Of a stretch of DNA of 64,000 nucleotides, positions 36,640 to 50,083 are shown piece by piece. The notes under the pieces were generated by a model that was not told where the DNA came from, searched no databases, and was given only the letters and a program-made list of their open reading frames with translations. Position numbers and translations under genes: made by a program. Origin of the DNA: Paraphysomonas bandaiensis (taxonomy: Eukaryota > Protista > Chrysophyceae); contig CBFFRP010000432.1 in the NCBI GenBank assembly GCA_965644295.1, positions 310,001 to 374,000 on the forward strand. Direction: 5' to 3'. The first letter of the stretch is position 1, and every line of letters starts with the position of its first letter.

Positions 36640-37590
36640 ATGCAATTAACAGCAATGATGGGCCGAGTGTTGCAATTATCTTGCATATGTTGCATGCTGT
36701 TAGTTGTATGGTACATAACATATACACACATCACACCACAGCACACTGCAGCCTCATATACACCCTCTCGTACACCCAGTAACTGCTCTGGTGCTGTTAA
36801 ACCCTCTATTATAGGCTCCAGTAGTAGTACCATATCACAGCTCAGAGCCTCACGGTATAATACATCACTGCCTCCATATAACCAGACGCACACTGTTAGA
36901 TTGAAGTCAGTAAATGTTGGACAAGGAAGTACAGGCACTAGATACTTGTATATGCTTTCATGTAACAACTTTTCTTTTACATCTCATCATTCTGTCAGTA
37001 CATGTAATTCTGATAACACTGTAAGGACCGGGCGAATACGAGAGTATGTGAACATGTTGGCAAGATGTACATCACATCAGCACAACCTATGTAAGTCTAT
37101 TGATGTTTTGAAAGCGTATACAACCGCTCTACGAGACGTGATTGAGAATATAGATTATGTTAGTAACTATCCGTTCGCGGAGATGCTCCCGGATATAATT
37201 GGATCAGTGCCGAACCTCTCTGTAGTTCATACTTTGCGAGATCCTAAAGTTTGGGCAATACGTCGCCTCTCCCACCGCAAAAATATTGCTGTATGTAAAC
37301 CTTCTTTATGGAGCTTGGATAATGTTCTGCATCCATTTGACTATGCAGCCTGCCTTCAAAGCACACAATTTGTGAAAGATGCCCTCATACCACTACACTC
37401 TATTTCCAACGGAGATAGACGCCTCGGTATACTGGAGAATGCGTTTATAAAATATAATACCGTAGTTCAAAGAATTGCTTTGGAGTCTAAAGTCCGTTAT
37501 ATGCCGCTATGTTTATTTGATTCCCACTCAACTAGTGATGATAACGTTTTTCAAATATTAAAGAAGGTCTGGACGCCGAATGTATTGTGA
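36640..37590 (+). CDS. Intronless type II membrane sulfotransferase-like (P-loop fold) protein
   Basis: N-terminal TM (LSCICCMLLVVWYI), stem, VNVGQGSTGTRYLY (5'-PSB-like) and VVHTLRDPKVW (3'-PB-like). The real start is probably 36655. Confidence 0.55.
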   Translation: MQLTAMMGRVLQLSCICCMLLVVWYITYTHITPQHTAASYTPSRTPSNCSGAVKPSIIGSSSSTISQLRASRYNTSLPPYNQTHTVRLKSVNVGQGSTGTRYLYMLSCNNFSFTSHHSVSTCNSDNTVRTGRIREYVNMLARCTSHQHNLCKSIDVLKAYTTALRDVIENIDYVSNYPFAEMLPDIIGSVPNLSVVHTLRDPKVWAIRRLSHRKNIAVCKPSLWSLDNVLHPFDYAACLQSTQFVKDALIPLHSISNGDRRLGILENAFIKYNTVVQRIALESKVRYMPLCLFDSHSTSDDNVFQILKKVWTPNVL

Positions 37591-38027
37591 ATTGTGACAA
37601 GCATGCTCTTCTTTTTATATATATAGTTTGAAATTGGTCAGTAGTCTGTGCAGCATAAATTATAAATTCATGTTGTCTAATATGATTCGTCATCGTGGAT
37701 ATAAATGACAAAAGTGTAACTACTTGTTGCTCGTTGCAATTATGTAGTTATTGCTATATACTCCTCTATATCTATAGATTACACATAACTTGTTGTCCAC
37801 AAGATTTTCCAAGGGTATATGAATATGAGGGTGTTGGAGTATAATAAATATCGCACGACTCTTCACAGGAAAATCTCGCTACAAGATCAACACAGAGTAT
37901 GCCATAACAATATAGGACAACTAAGTCATGCTTCATTTAATTGAGAAATATCAACAAGCAAGGTGTTATATGTTATATATTAGTCGTGGTGCACATATCT
38001 AGCTAACGATATCAAACTTGTCTGTAA

Positions 38028-39770
38028 TCAAGAATCGGGTCTTCTAAGAACCATGTGAACCAGATTACAACCGCCTCCTATGTCAATGATTTCGTTTTCA
38101 TTGAAGCCTAATGATACATATAGTTTCCTGATACAACGAATACACATTCTTTTCACCGATTTCACTATACACAAACCCAAAAACATACCTCGCAGGAGCC
38201 ATATCCAAAAGTGTAGTAAGCTCAATCGTGCTACACCCTATTTCCCACGCTTTATCCATAACCTGTGAATGACCCAATTCCGGTAAACTATGCATTGGGT
38301 TTCTCTGCACACAATCGACATACCTTTTTCACAAGAGCTCTGCCAATACCGCTGCGTCTACTACTCTCAGTAACAGAAAGGTGGGATATGCTCCCAACCC
38401 TGTCTTGCTCTCTACTGGTAACATCCAAAGATATGCATCCCAGAATAAGCCCTCTCGATTTATGAGGTGCTTGGACTGGTGACTCCACCGCTACCCAGAA
38501 TTCACGATTATTTCTATTTAAGCTGTTACGAAAAAATAGAAATAAGTGACGATTTGCTTAGAAAATATATACACACACCTATCACTGAGTGTATTCTTAA
38601 TAGCGACACCTGATTTCTTGATATGGGCTCTGACTGAAGCATACTTTTTCGCAAATTCCTTATGTCCCTGTACGAAGAATGACGCTGAAGACACACACAA
38701 AACATAAAGCACCTCAGTAAACAGAGTCATCACAGAGCTTAGATCAGAGGGAGTTGCTTTTAAAATTTCAAATTTTCTAATGAAAAAAATATCAATTACA
38801 CAAGAAGCAAGTCCTGGTAATACCTCGTGCAAGAAGTTGCTTCATAGAGCTTGATTCGGTCTTCGAGTAAAGCTATTCGCAGTGCAAGCCGATGATTTGA
38901 TAACTCAGGAGCTTTAGAGAAGCTTGATGAAAAAAATGTACTGTAAGCACTAGAAAAAAGTGATGCAGAGCATGTAGATATCGAAAATGCGTATGTACGA
39001 TGAAGCATTGCCAATGATGCAAATTCATCAAACGGCTCCGAAGCGCCAGGGGCCACGCCAGAATTACATAGCAAGAGCATCTGTTGCACGGTCAGACTCA
39101 CAGCGTGCTTCATGCCACATGACCGAAAGAATGCACACACATCTTGTGTGGACGGTTGGCCTGACCGTAAGGGGGCTTGACGGGAGGCAAATACACGCCG
39201 CATGCTCTCAGCACATGTCAACAGTGAAGGTGTGCTCGGGGGTAGCAATGGGTCGTACTCAACCACCAGACAGGAGGGAATATTGACAGCAAGCATGCGA
39301 ATTAGATTCTCGCTGGAGGTTGTATCCATATAAGTCATAACGCTCTCCAACACAACCAGAGTACAAGCAGAACTGTCGAAACCTTTAAGACGGAGAGCAG
39401 CTAAAAGAGCAGGTGCATCACATAAATCCGCCCCGACCATTTTAATAGAATCGCTGTTATCTGCCTGAGAACAAAGGTTGAGTCTCTCCGATATGACATG
39501 TGAAAAATCAACAAGATATACATCTCCACCGCAATCATTGTAAGCTGTGTCATATCCCGACCCCAAGACCAGCACTTGATACTTCTCACCCTTCAAACGA
39601 CATTCCTGAAAAAATGATTGGGATAGTTTTTTCATACCATACATGCGGGCACTGTAGACTTGATTGACTAATGGAACCTGAGATTTTCCTTTCACATTGG
39701 CATCAGGAGTGCTGCCTGTCAACTGCATCGCAGACTTCTTTCCGACGGCAGCATCTCTTCCTGTGTACAT
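38028..39770 (-). CDS. Leucine-carboxyl-methyltransferase-like domain fused to a GNAT acetyltransferase, multi-exon
   Basis: Exon 1 has PLVNQVYSAR, QVLVLGSGYDT, TLVVLESVMTYM and EPFDEF (LCM family). It splices in frame to EFWVA...ILGCISL...ISHLSV...RRSGIGRAL...IELTT...LYVSLGF (GNAT). Confidence 0.7.
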
Positions 39771-41363
39771 GAATTACACCGTCTGTTGGGTTAAATATCG
39801 ACTACTAGCAATGGGAGTCTAAGATCAGGTGTGTGTCTGCATCTATATCAGATAGAATGATATACACTGGCAGTTGAATTGATAGTACGGGACCACTACT
39901 ACGCTACACACACATACATCTGGACATACAGACACCAGCAGCAGGAGTATGATACCGAAAATGTGTACTGATATACACTCTGTACTTGTACACCACTGCT
40001 TTATGCAGCAGTACATTTTGTATTTGGAGCTGTACAGAGCAGAAGTGGGCTGGGCAGCATCTGCCCATAGCTATCCATACCATACCCATATCTACATATC
40101 TACACATCCAGCCATACATACATACATCCCCACATATATCTAGCTATATCTGCTCTGCAGAGGATTCCATATAAATATGATTGATATCCATACCGCATAG
40201 TCATATATATATCTATCGACACGAGTACAATACGAGAAGAGGAGTGTGCGAATAGAACATGAACTCCCCATACAGTCCTCATTGACCTCACGACCCTCAT
40301 ATATCACACTGACTTGTAGCCTGTAGCGTATCAATGAGAGCAAGTTATTAATACAATGAACTACAGAGAATAGACTACCATATCACCTATACATACATAC
40401 AGTACATACATATGCATACATGACTCATAGATGCTTAAGAGGATGTCCATGGATGTGTCTGTAGATCACAGGAGGTAACATCTCGTCCCATGTCATTACC
40501 AATAGATGAACAGGGAGCTCAAGTGACACATCATGTCAATGATACTACACATGCTCTGGCCTAATCTCTGCAATATCATTATTGCTTCAAAATCCTTATA
40601 CATATCAGCCGCTTGTATGTATGAGTGTGGTGTGGGCTTTTATCATACTCATATACTTTAATTCAACGTTACTTTCAAAACATTTCTTGATCAATCATCC
40701 GACTCATTGAACTGTATTACTGTATATACTTAGCGGACTCTTTGAAATGAGTAATATAAAGTTGTTATAGTATAGTGCTATTCTATATTGTAGGACTTCT
40801 CTGGTACTGTACCAAATGAGGGAAAGGGAACAACACGCTGTCCCGTATCTCTGAATCAAGCTAACTGCTTAAGAAAATAGTGAGACAGATATGCAGAATG
40901 AGTCTGGTTGAAGGGGAAAATCATCTCCACAATAAAAAGTATAATTGATAGCTCCACTAGTAGTATATAGCAAGTCCAGTTATTAGTTTGTCTATATATG
41001 TAAAACTAGCTTCTATGCACAACCGTTCTAATGTAATAATCAGACATTCTTATATAATTGATAGCTCTGCAAATCTTAGCTAGTGCATTGTACAGCTTCA
41101 TACGTTGATACGTTATTTTTTCTTGCTTGGCGTCGAAATCACATCATTTTGTTTTATTTTCTAATTTCGAATAACTAGCAATATGTAATGGTATAAGCTC
41201 AAATTGGGTAAAGAAATAATATTTTATAGCGAATTTTCATTATTATAACTTGCGAAGTCATCTGTATCAAAAATACATGACACTTCACAGTTATAGCGGC
41301 GCGCAGCATTATGTATTATGCACATTGGCACTCTTCTAGAAGTCTAATTCAGAGCATCACTAA

Positions 41364-44300
41364 CTACCAAAATGGACACCAGCCAACAAACACTTGGCAT
41401 AAGTTTTCTACTGAAGTAGCTTCACGAATTAGTCTATCTACTTGTTCTTCCACGGTAGAAAATCCATCCGCCTGAAAGTCACGACCATTCAGCTTAGACT
41501 GAATTCTATTGATAACTTCGAGTGCTCTGGTAAAAACAAGTTACTAATACAGGTGTGTAATGTATAGCATTCATACCTGGAATTGAGAGTGCATTGCGAT
41601 GACTCATTTATCGCTTGCGATTTCAACCGCATCAGTTTCGGAATATTCGAGTCCGCTACATTCTTCTGTGATTCTGCACTAGCGGGTATGTTTCTCTGTT
41701 CCGAGCTGGCTGAAGGAGAGCCGACCACAGGGGAGTCAGTCCCAATTGTCTGGGTGGCTGCCTTATGAACTACGTCACCTCCAGTAGGAGCTGATACATT
41801 GGAACCAGTCCCATCAGGAGCCAACAAGCGCCAAGATATCAGGGGATCATATACAAACGCCTCCAGCATTGCCATAACACTGTTGCTGTTGGCTCGGAGA
41901 ATACTCATCACCTGTTACGCACACATAAGAAAAAACAATTCACGGCACCACACACAAGATATTTCTCATAAATATAACGTATTATATGTACCTTCTCACT
42001 GGTAGATCGAAACGTGCCTTCAATACCAGATATCTCCATTGCCTTAATCAACATGCGTGTAAGCCGGAATGGAATCGTCTCGGGGTACTTTGATCGCTGC
42101 ATTGCCACCTCAAAACAATCACCAAAATCAATATGCACAATTCTCCCTGCCACCCTGTCTAGCATTAGGTTAGAGGGGTGTCTGTCCCCAAGTCCAAGGA
42201 TATAACCCACTATAGACATAACTGCTAGAGATTTCGTATAGTTTGATCTCCGCTCTACCCATACATCAGATGTTTTCGACTTGAGCCACAGCATCTTTGC
42301 TAGATCCTGTCCGGTCGTTTCATCTCTCACCTGACAGAATACATCAACTTTTTGCTGCACTGTCAGTTTCTCATAACACGGTGCCTTCGTCATGGTCAGT
42401 TTGTGTTCAACGTTCATTTTGACGTCCCTGGCTTCACGATACTGCTTGACAAGAGCGTTCAGAGTATCACAATTCTCAACCCACCCTATCACACCAGAGT
42501 TGTTCGATAAAGGTAACACCGAGTACCGAACAATATTCAGTCCCCGACTGCGAGTCCACCGATCATTATCAAGACACACATTGATTAATCCGAACAATTG
42601 CATGACTCGTTCGTCCTGGCGAAGGTCTTCATGACCTTTTAGCAAAAAGCGATATTCGAGCCCATCGGTCCCTACAATAGTCATCCGACGTGGCCGTTGC
42701 TTTGATGTGATGATGTCTACCGATGGATAAAACGACCGAATGTGCACAACATCCCCCCGTGTACGGTACGTACCAGGCACAGCAAGCCCAAGATTACTAG
42801 CTCCTGTAAGCGCGGGAGATACATGTCTCAATTCTAATTGTTTGAACGACTTGAGTTGCGAAGATATTTGTCTAAAGACTCTATGATATACATCCCACGC
42901 CTGGTGCAGATGTAGCACGTCGCGGGTGACTTTGTACTTCTTCAGCCACTCGTTGGCTGAAAATAGATCTCTCCCGTATAAGTGACGGAAGGATACATCT
43001 CTCAGGCTGCTCCCGATATCCTCTACCACGGCAATACCATCCTCAATATCATCTTCACCGTAGTCTAGCGATTGGCTGGACGACGGTGCCATGATGTGTT
43101 CCATTGATCTATGAAGCTCTGTAAGTGTATCAACCATTCCGTCTATATCCTTTTCACCAATGTACAACTGCGCCGCCCGCTCCAATCCTTCGTGCCATAG
43201 TTCATGGGGTGTTATTGCTACCCTCATTAATTCTCTAGACACAATGGCCGCTTCTTCCACTAACTGGGAGTCGTGCTTCCTCATCTCCAGCATCACTTCC
43301 GTTGCGATTTGCTTGCGCTGAGAATTGTTTGTATTGAGAGCAACGGATATAGAATAAACAAGTGCCTGGGGATGGTTAATAGCCACTTTAATCAGAAGCT
43401 CTTTCAATAAAACGGAAATTTCAGGATTCTTGACGTGCATACGAGCAATCATCTGCGGCAACACACCCAACCAATTTTCCGCAGCAACATTTTTCAGCTC
43501 CGATGATAACACATCAAAGACTCCATCCCTAGTCCCGTATGTAAACCAAAGAGTCAACAGTCGGAGAGTATCCTGAAGTGTATGCGCCATACCATCGTTC
43601 GCACCTAGTGCAATAGACCGGCTGAAACCTTTCACAGCCTCAACAATATAAGGAATATTTAAAGAGAGCTGCTTGTTGAGCTTTGAAGGCACTGGTAATT
43701 GGCTAGACCTGATATTTTGTCCAACAAATCCACTGCTTCCCCCAGCTGCAACGCTCAGCTGATCGTAATTTATTACTGCCCATGCGTGCCATACGTGATA
43801 TTGGTCACTTGCCAAATCTCTCGCTTGTCGTACAGTGTCGAGCACCTCCTGACGTTGGGAATCTGTGATATCATGTTGAAACAGTACTTGCATCCACTCT
43901 GCCCGCTTCAGAAGACATTTCACCTTTAGAGTTACATCTCCACCTTCGTCACGCTTATCCAGCATAGCTATAAAACTAGTCAGCGATTCGAGGGCATCAG
44001 AGCAGTCGCCCCGCTCCCACCAGTACTTGAAAGCGCTAAACACAACACGAGGCGGAATAGATTCGACAACTCCCTCAGGACTCTCTGGTCCCCCCATACG
44101 CTTCAAGATGTTCGCACATAGCGCCAGCATGCCCTCCTTGCGGCATATTGATACCAAATCAAGCCAACTATCGAGGTCGTCTTTAGGATCCACAAGCAGA
44201 GTGTGAACAGCCTGACACATACAACAAAAATAAAATCAATAGTTGCGTATAGAGAGAATACTAACCAGTATCAAACGATAAACATCAACTTCTTTGGCAG

Positions 44301-47300
44301 CACATTTGAGTCTTCGCTGCCACTTGTCCATTAGAGTTAGTCTACGTGTTAATATATCGTGCACAACACTTCCTCCACTTGCATCAATACCGTGACCATT
44401 CGAGGCAATGGAAGAAACTGGCCGAATAAGTACAACATCCTCAGGTGATAAACCAGCATTTACAAGCGCCTTCGTTTCATACTTCTTATAATCGATAAGT
44501 TCTTCCATTTCAGAGAGCACTTGCATTGTAACCATTGATCGATATGCCCTGGAATAACTCTCACTTAACAGAGAGGATATGTTGGAGGAAACAGCTTCTC
44601 GAGTTTCAGTGACTAGTCTAGATGCACGTCGAAGGTCTCCTTTGTGAATAGCCAACACTGCATCATAAAACGATCCATCATTCTCGAGCTGTACATCATG
44701 GTGCTTGTCAAGCGATCCTCCCTGCAAAAAACCCTCCATTTCGTCCCATTTCCCTAACATCCATGCAGCATTAGCTCCAAGTCTTTGGACTTCGGTCATC
44801 CAAGAGTCATACGAGTCTACTTGTCCTTCTGCAGCTTGCACATGCTTCTTAAGGTCATTGGCACTGTTGCAAAGATCGGCATAATCCCCAAGTGCATGAA
44901 GACATCGCAATATTCCCAGTTCACTCTCTATCCAATTATCCTGTTGAGACAGTGCATCAGGATCCTGCACTGAGAGTTTACGCTGTTTTGACTGTTGAGT
45001 GTAAGATTCTCTCGCGTCTTGCCATCTGGCAAGTTTTTCTAACCAATATGGCTCAATTTTGATGTGTCGATGGTTGATATGGACAAACTTTAGCACGCCT
45101 GATGCAGCCTCACGCATACCTAGTTGAGTGTTAACTGATATGAGCGCTTCTATACACTCGCTCGACGGTAGAGTATTTACAGAATTAAATTCGATTTCCC
45201 TGTAGTGGAGACATTTCGCAAACATGTTAGCAGCAGCAGCCTGTTTGGCCAGCACTTGGATGTCCAGAGGAAGAGGTTTATCTTGCATATCCATAAATTC
45301 GGCGAGATTTAACAGTGCTTGTCTAATGTTACTGGGTATCTGTGGGCTCTGTAAGGCTGTCTCCAGACCAGATATCAGGGGTATATCAGAGTATGTTTCG
45401 TTGCTATCATGGGAAAACAACTCATCCCAAACAGACACAAATGCGGCATTAAATAACTCATGAGCAAGCGGCTGATAAACTTTGCCTAGGATAGCACAGG
45501 GACGAAGTATTGGAGATGGAGATTGACGAATAAGCTCGATAGAGAGCCGCCTCATCCACTCTACAAGATCAGAACTGGTGGTGCGCCCAGACAGAGTCCA
45601 TGCTGTTTCCAGAGCCTTTAGCTCGACACGCAAAGACATTTGCACATTGCGACACTTCTCTAATCGACTACTTATGTTACTCGTGCTCTTTATGGTGATT
45701 GTGCTTCTATCTGACGGTCCTACAGGGAGTGGGCGCTGTTTCAATAACAGAGACACGAGATGTTCATACTCCTCTAATTGCGGGATTTTTCCCGCAGTTG
45801 CATCACGCTGGTTGTGAATTTGAGATATTTTCCTTTTCGCAGGGATAACAAACGGCAGATACGATGTGTTGAGACGGCATACCATGCAAGAGAGAGCAGT
45901 CAGAGCAGCAGTTTGCAGTATTGGTTCCGACCCACAAACCAATCTAAGAAGAGGGTGGATAATTCGACTAGCAAACTCATTCAAGTCCGATGAATCACTC
46001 GCCAGATGCATTACTGCGCATAATGCCTCGCGTTTCGTTTCTGCCCGTATTCCAGTTAACTCCACTACTTTAAGAATAACTGGTATCAATTGTCTACGGT
46101 ACTCTCCAAGACTTGCAGATATATTAGCCAATGTGGTAAACACTTTGCTGGTTTTTGGTAATGATGACTTTTTAGAGGGGGCCGATAAACTTAGAGGAGC
46201 ATTCGTATCAGTAGTTACCGTATCTGTTCGGGTGTTGAAGAGCTCGTCGCGATCTTGCAACATTTCATTTCGCGTCACCTGAACCATGCATGGTAGCAAT
46301 TCTCTTAGAACCCCGTTGAAGTCCTGCGGAAGAAGAATATAGCACAATGCCTCAACCATGTTCAAACAGAGAGTGAGATGGACATGAAAATAATCGCAAG
46401 TTAGTTGCACAATACTATCAAGAAGTCTTCCAACATCTCTTCCCACTACATACACCATAGTAATAAGGTTATCAAGCAGAGTTTCCTGTAAAGCTCCTCC
46501 TGACTCAGAATTGTAAAAGCGATAAGTGTAAGCGCTGATGATTGTATCCAGCAAAGGGTCACTCTGAAATCCCAAAATGCGTACAACTCTCATGACAACC
46601 GTGGCAGCAGTTTGATGGTGGCTCGACAGAGAGGAATCTCGAAGGATATTACCTAGAGCACCAATGACCACTGAGAGATAGTACCTATCCAGGGATACCA
46701 ATTGGTCATCGTCATCGATATCTCCAGGATACTTATCTCCAGTTTCTTTCTTATCCTTTGGGTCGGTTTCATCATCGAACTCGGTATGACTCTGGTGAAC
46801 AGTCAACACCCCAGATGCACGAAGAGAGCGCTGATACATTTCTATATCAACGGCACCAAGAAGTCCGATAGTTCGGATAGCCTGGAGACGTAAAGATACT
46901 GCAGCCACCTCTGGGCGCTGGATAGCCTTCACAAGACTCTCAAAGAGAGATGGATACAACGAGTATGGTGTAGAAACGATATTCAACGAGGAGACAATTT
47001 TTCCCATTGCTACCACAGAAACCTCCTGTTTAGACAAAGAGGATTGATCATTGAGTGCCTGAATGAGCCGGGGAAAGAGTTCAGACAAGCGGGGCTCCAT
47101 TTCTTCAGGGGAAGCCAAGGAAAGTTCTCCGATGGTAGATACAGCAGCGCTGACAATAGCAGGCGAGGGGTCATCCAAAAGAGCCAACAATGGCTCCAAT
47201 ATTTGTGACACATAAGGTACCAAGAGCACATTAGTGCCTCTAACCATTGCCTGCAGGAGTTGTACACTCTCCTGCCGAAGCAAAATATCTTTTGAGTTGT

Positions 47301-49514
47301 GGAGCTGCCGCATAAGTTTGCTCAGCATCAGGCGTACAAGTGGCATTACATGCACAGTGTCATAGTGAGCTACGCGAGCAAATACCGACATTGCCGCCGA
47401 TCGCACATCAAATGACTCATCATTCATTGCTTCAATCAAGCAGTGAACATTTTCCGAGTTGGATATAATGTGGTCTAACGAGGGGGGAAGTGACAAGAAC
47501 ACATGTACACGTATATGTTCCGACTCGTCTCCTACACCAAGCATAAGTAATCTGTCCATCACTTGGATGAGGTATTTTCCACCATCTGACGTGGTTTCTT
47601 CTACTGCCTCCACTACTTTACTCAGCACAGTCGCACAAGTCACAGCCGCGGCGTCACGTATTGCAGGATTGGAGTCATCTAAATATCTCACAACCCCTTC
47701 TCGCACAACGCGCAAGAGGCCCTCGCTCTCATGTTGGTAAGTGCTTTTACCGAAAGTGCTGCCTCTATCAAAGGTACCAGAAGTTCCTGCTAGACTCTGT
47801 AACGAAGTTGTTTCACGTGAACTATCCCGAAGACGAGTATCATTAAACTGGTTTGGCAAGAAGTCAAATGTAGCTAGCACTTGTAAAGATAGTACGAGCT
47901 CCTCGTCTGTCGACGGTTCTTCACCAACACCACGCTTCGAGGGGGCCTTCGAAAAGAATCCTCCTAATAGAGTAGAAGGAGGCGTGGAAGTTGAAGCTGT
48001 TCTGCGAACTGCAGTACTATTAGTCCTCCTTGAAGCCGGAGATGCCCAAGCGGTATCATCCCTCACTACAGAGTGATTCAGCAAAATATTCGTTATGTGA
48101 GACCGTAGTCGGACCTGCACTTGGCCCCGTATGTTCGGACTACTCTTCACAATTGCCTTTAAACTTTTAATAAGAGCAGATGTGAGACCACCTTGAAACA
48201 TCGCGTTGACTAGATCGCTATCCACATGTCCCCGGCCGGCTGGAGATGCACGTACCACCACACTCAAACAGTGCAGTGCCTCAACGCAAAAGGGTTCTTT
48301 GAAGCCTGCCCGGATCGCACTGAACACGTCATCAATGATCGCATTCACACCTTTCAATGCAGCCGCCATGGCCACAAGCAAATTTCCCAGCGCGATATAT
48401 GCGGTTGCTCTGTCCTTTTGAGCGTAGATCACATCCAGCATATGCCGTACAGAGTAGGAAAGAAAGTTCAGGGGGGAGGTGTACTGGTTCTGCTGGATAA
48501 AAGTTGCCTGTGAGAGTGAAGCAAGCTTTGGTATGAGCACTAGCACTTTCTGTCTGATATGGGGATCTTTATGGTCTTTTCTCTGCAATACATCCCAAAA
48601 CAGATCCTGGAGCTTCATGCTCACGTTCCTAACTGTTGTTAGCAGGTCATTTGGAGGAATCACAGAAGGAGCCAGTAGAGAATCGAAAATAAGCATTGCC
48701 CCATGAACTTTCTCTATGGCTGTTGAATTGAATCCTATCTCAGTCTCATGTAAGGCGAGGCGAATATATTCGTCCGTAGGCTCACGTTGCGACACCAGCA
48801 CAACAACTGCATTGAGGGACTCAGCAGCAGCTACTCTCACCATGACATTCTTGTCGAAAATAACATCCCATATAGCACTGAAAAAGTTTTTCCGTTTGGC
48901 ATATATTAGTGCTGGTGAGTTTAGTGCTAGCTGCTCTAGAATTAAAACACCGGAAAACTTGTGCGCATCCGAGCGTTGGTTACTTAGCCACTTGATAGCG
49001 TTAGCCACATAAAAATCTTGAAGAAACTCTATCTCAGTTGTTGATGCAACTCGGGCTAAATGACCTATTGAATCAGCGGCTTTACGAAGAACAATTCCAG
49101 TGGTTTCAATATTTTGCTTATCATTCTCTAGCACTTTCCTCAACTGGTTCGCGATTTCAATGCGTCTTTCCGGCATAATTTCATCATTCACATCCAATAA
49201 ACAGTCCAACACAACCAGCCCAACTACACGATACTGGCTATCTCTGATGTCATAGTTCAGAAGATTAATACCACTATCTACCATCCTAGAGATAAGGTTA
49301 CTAAACATTTGAGAGGGAAGATTCTGGGCTTGATCTTCAATCGCTTGTAGCATTTTACGAGATACATCCGCAGTTGGCTCCTCCTCATAATAGAGCCTGC
49401 GGGGAATAAACAATAACGATAAAACAATTAAATTCATATAAATATATTCATTCTATAAACTACTTACATATCCACATACTTCTCAAGGAAATGATGAACA
49501 TGTGGTCCTGACAT
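41364..49514 (-). CDS. TOR: Target of rapamycin kinase (HEAT, FAT, FRB, PIKK kinase, FATC), 5 exons
   Basis: Exons 49514-49468, 49396-44266, 44211-41992, 41911-41577 and 41526-41364. Motifs [35 protein letters not shown] and terminal GWCPFW. Confidence 0.97.
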
Positions 49515-50083
49515 ACTGTAGAGATATTAAAATATGCAATCAAATAAAGTTTTAATAATATAAATTCCTTGATATCCTCATATGCCTATGATTTAAATAG
49601 TAATCATATCGTAATAAATCTCAGTTGTAATGTATACAATACAATCTATAGATACATTCAATGATCAAATACTAGAAGTTGATATGATCTGAAGTGGAAG
49701 TGATGCAATGATCATGTGATGATCGTATTAATGTATAGGGAGTTGGGGGGTATCCTGACACTCATAAGCAGCTTTTTGGCTATCACTTCGACTTCATTTT
49801 TTCATATGAGGGATGTAGATTTGATAATACGTACCTGTAATACTGTTTTGTATTTTGAGCTATAAAAAGAGCACTTCGTCAATATTTCAAATAGTGTTGA
49901 GCTAAAAACATACCCACTTATCTAGAAATAGGGGTTTTTCCATATCTCTGTACTGGAAATACGTAGAAAACGGTTTAGTGCTGAATGTGGAACATTGTGC
50001 TATTAACGTCTCATGCTTGCGCATAACACTCACGATAATTACACCTCTACCATATAATCTTATGCATGTGCTGTAGTGTACAC

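Noticed and set aside
40100-40700. Possible copia integrase/RT relic
   Set aside because: Only vague peptide resemblance with no diagnostic motif.
44785-49012. Plus-strand ORFs overlapping TOR
   Set aside because: Antisense shadows of a long coding exon with no independent features.
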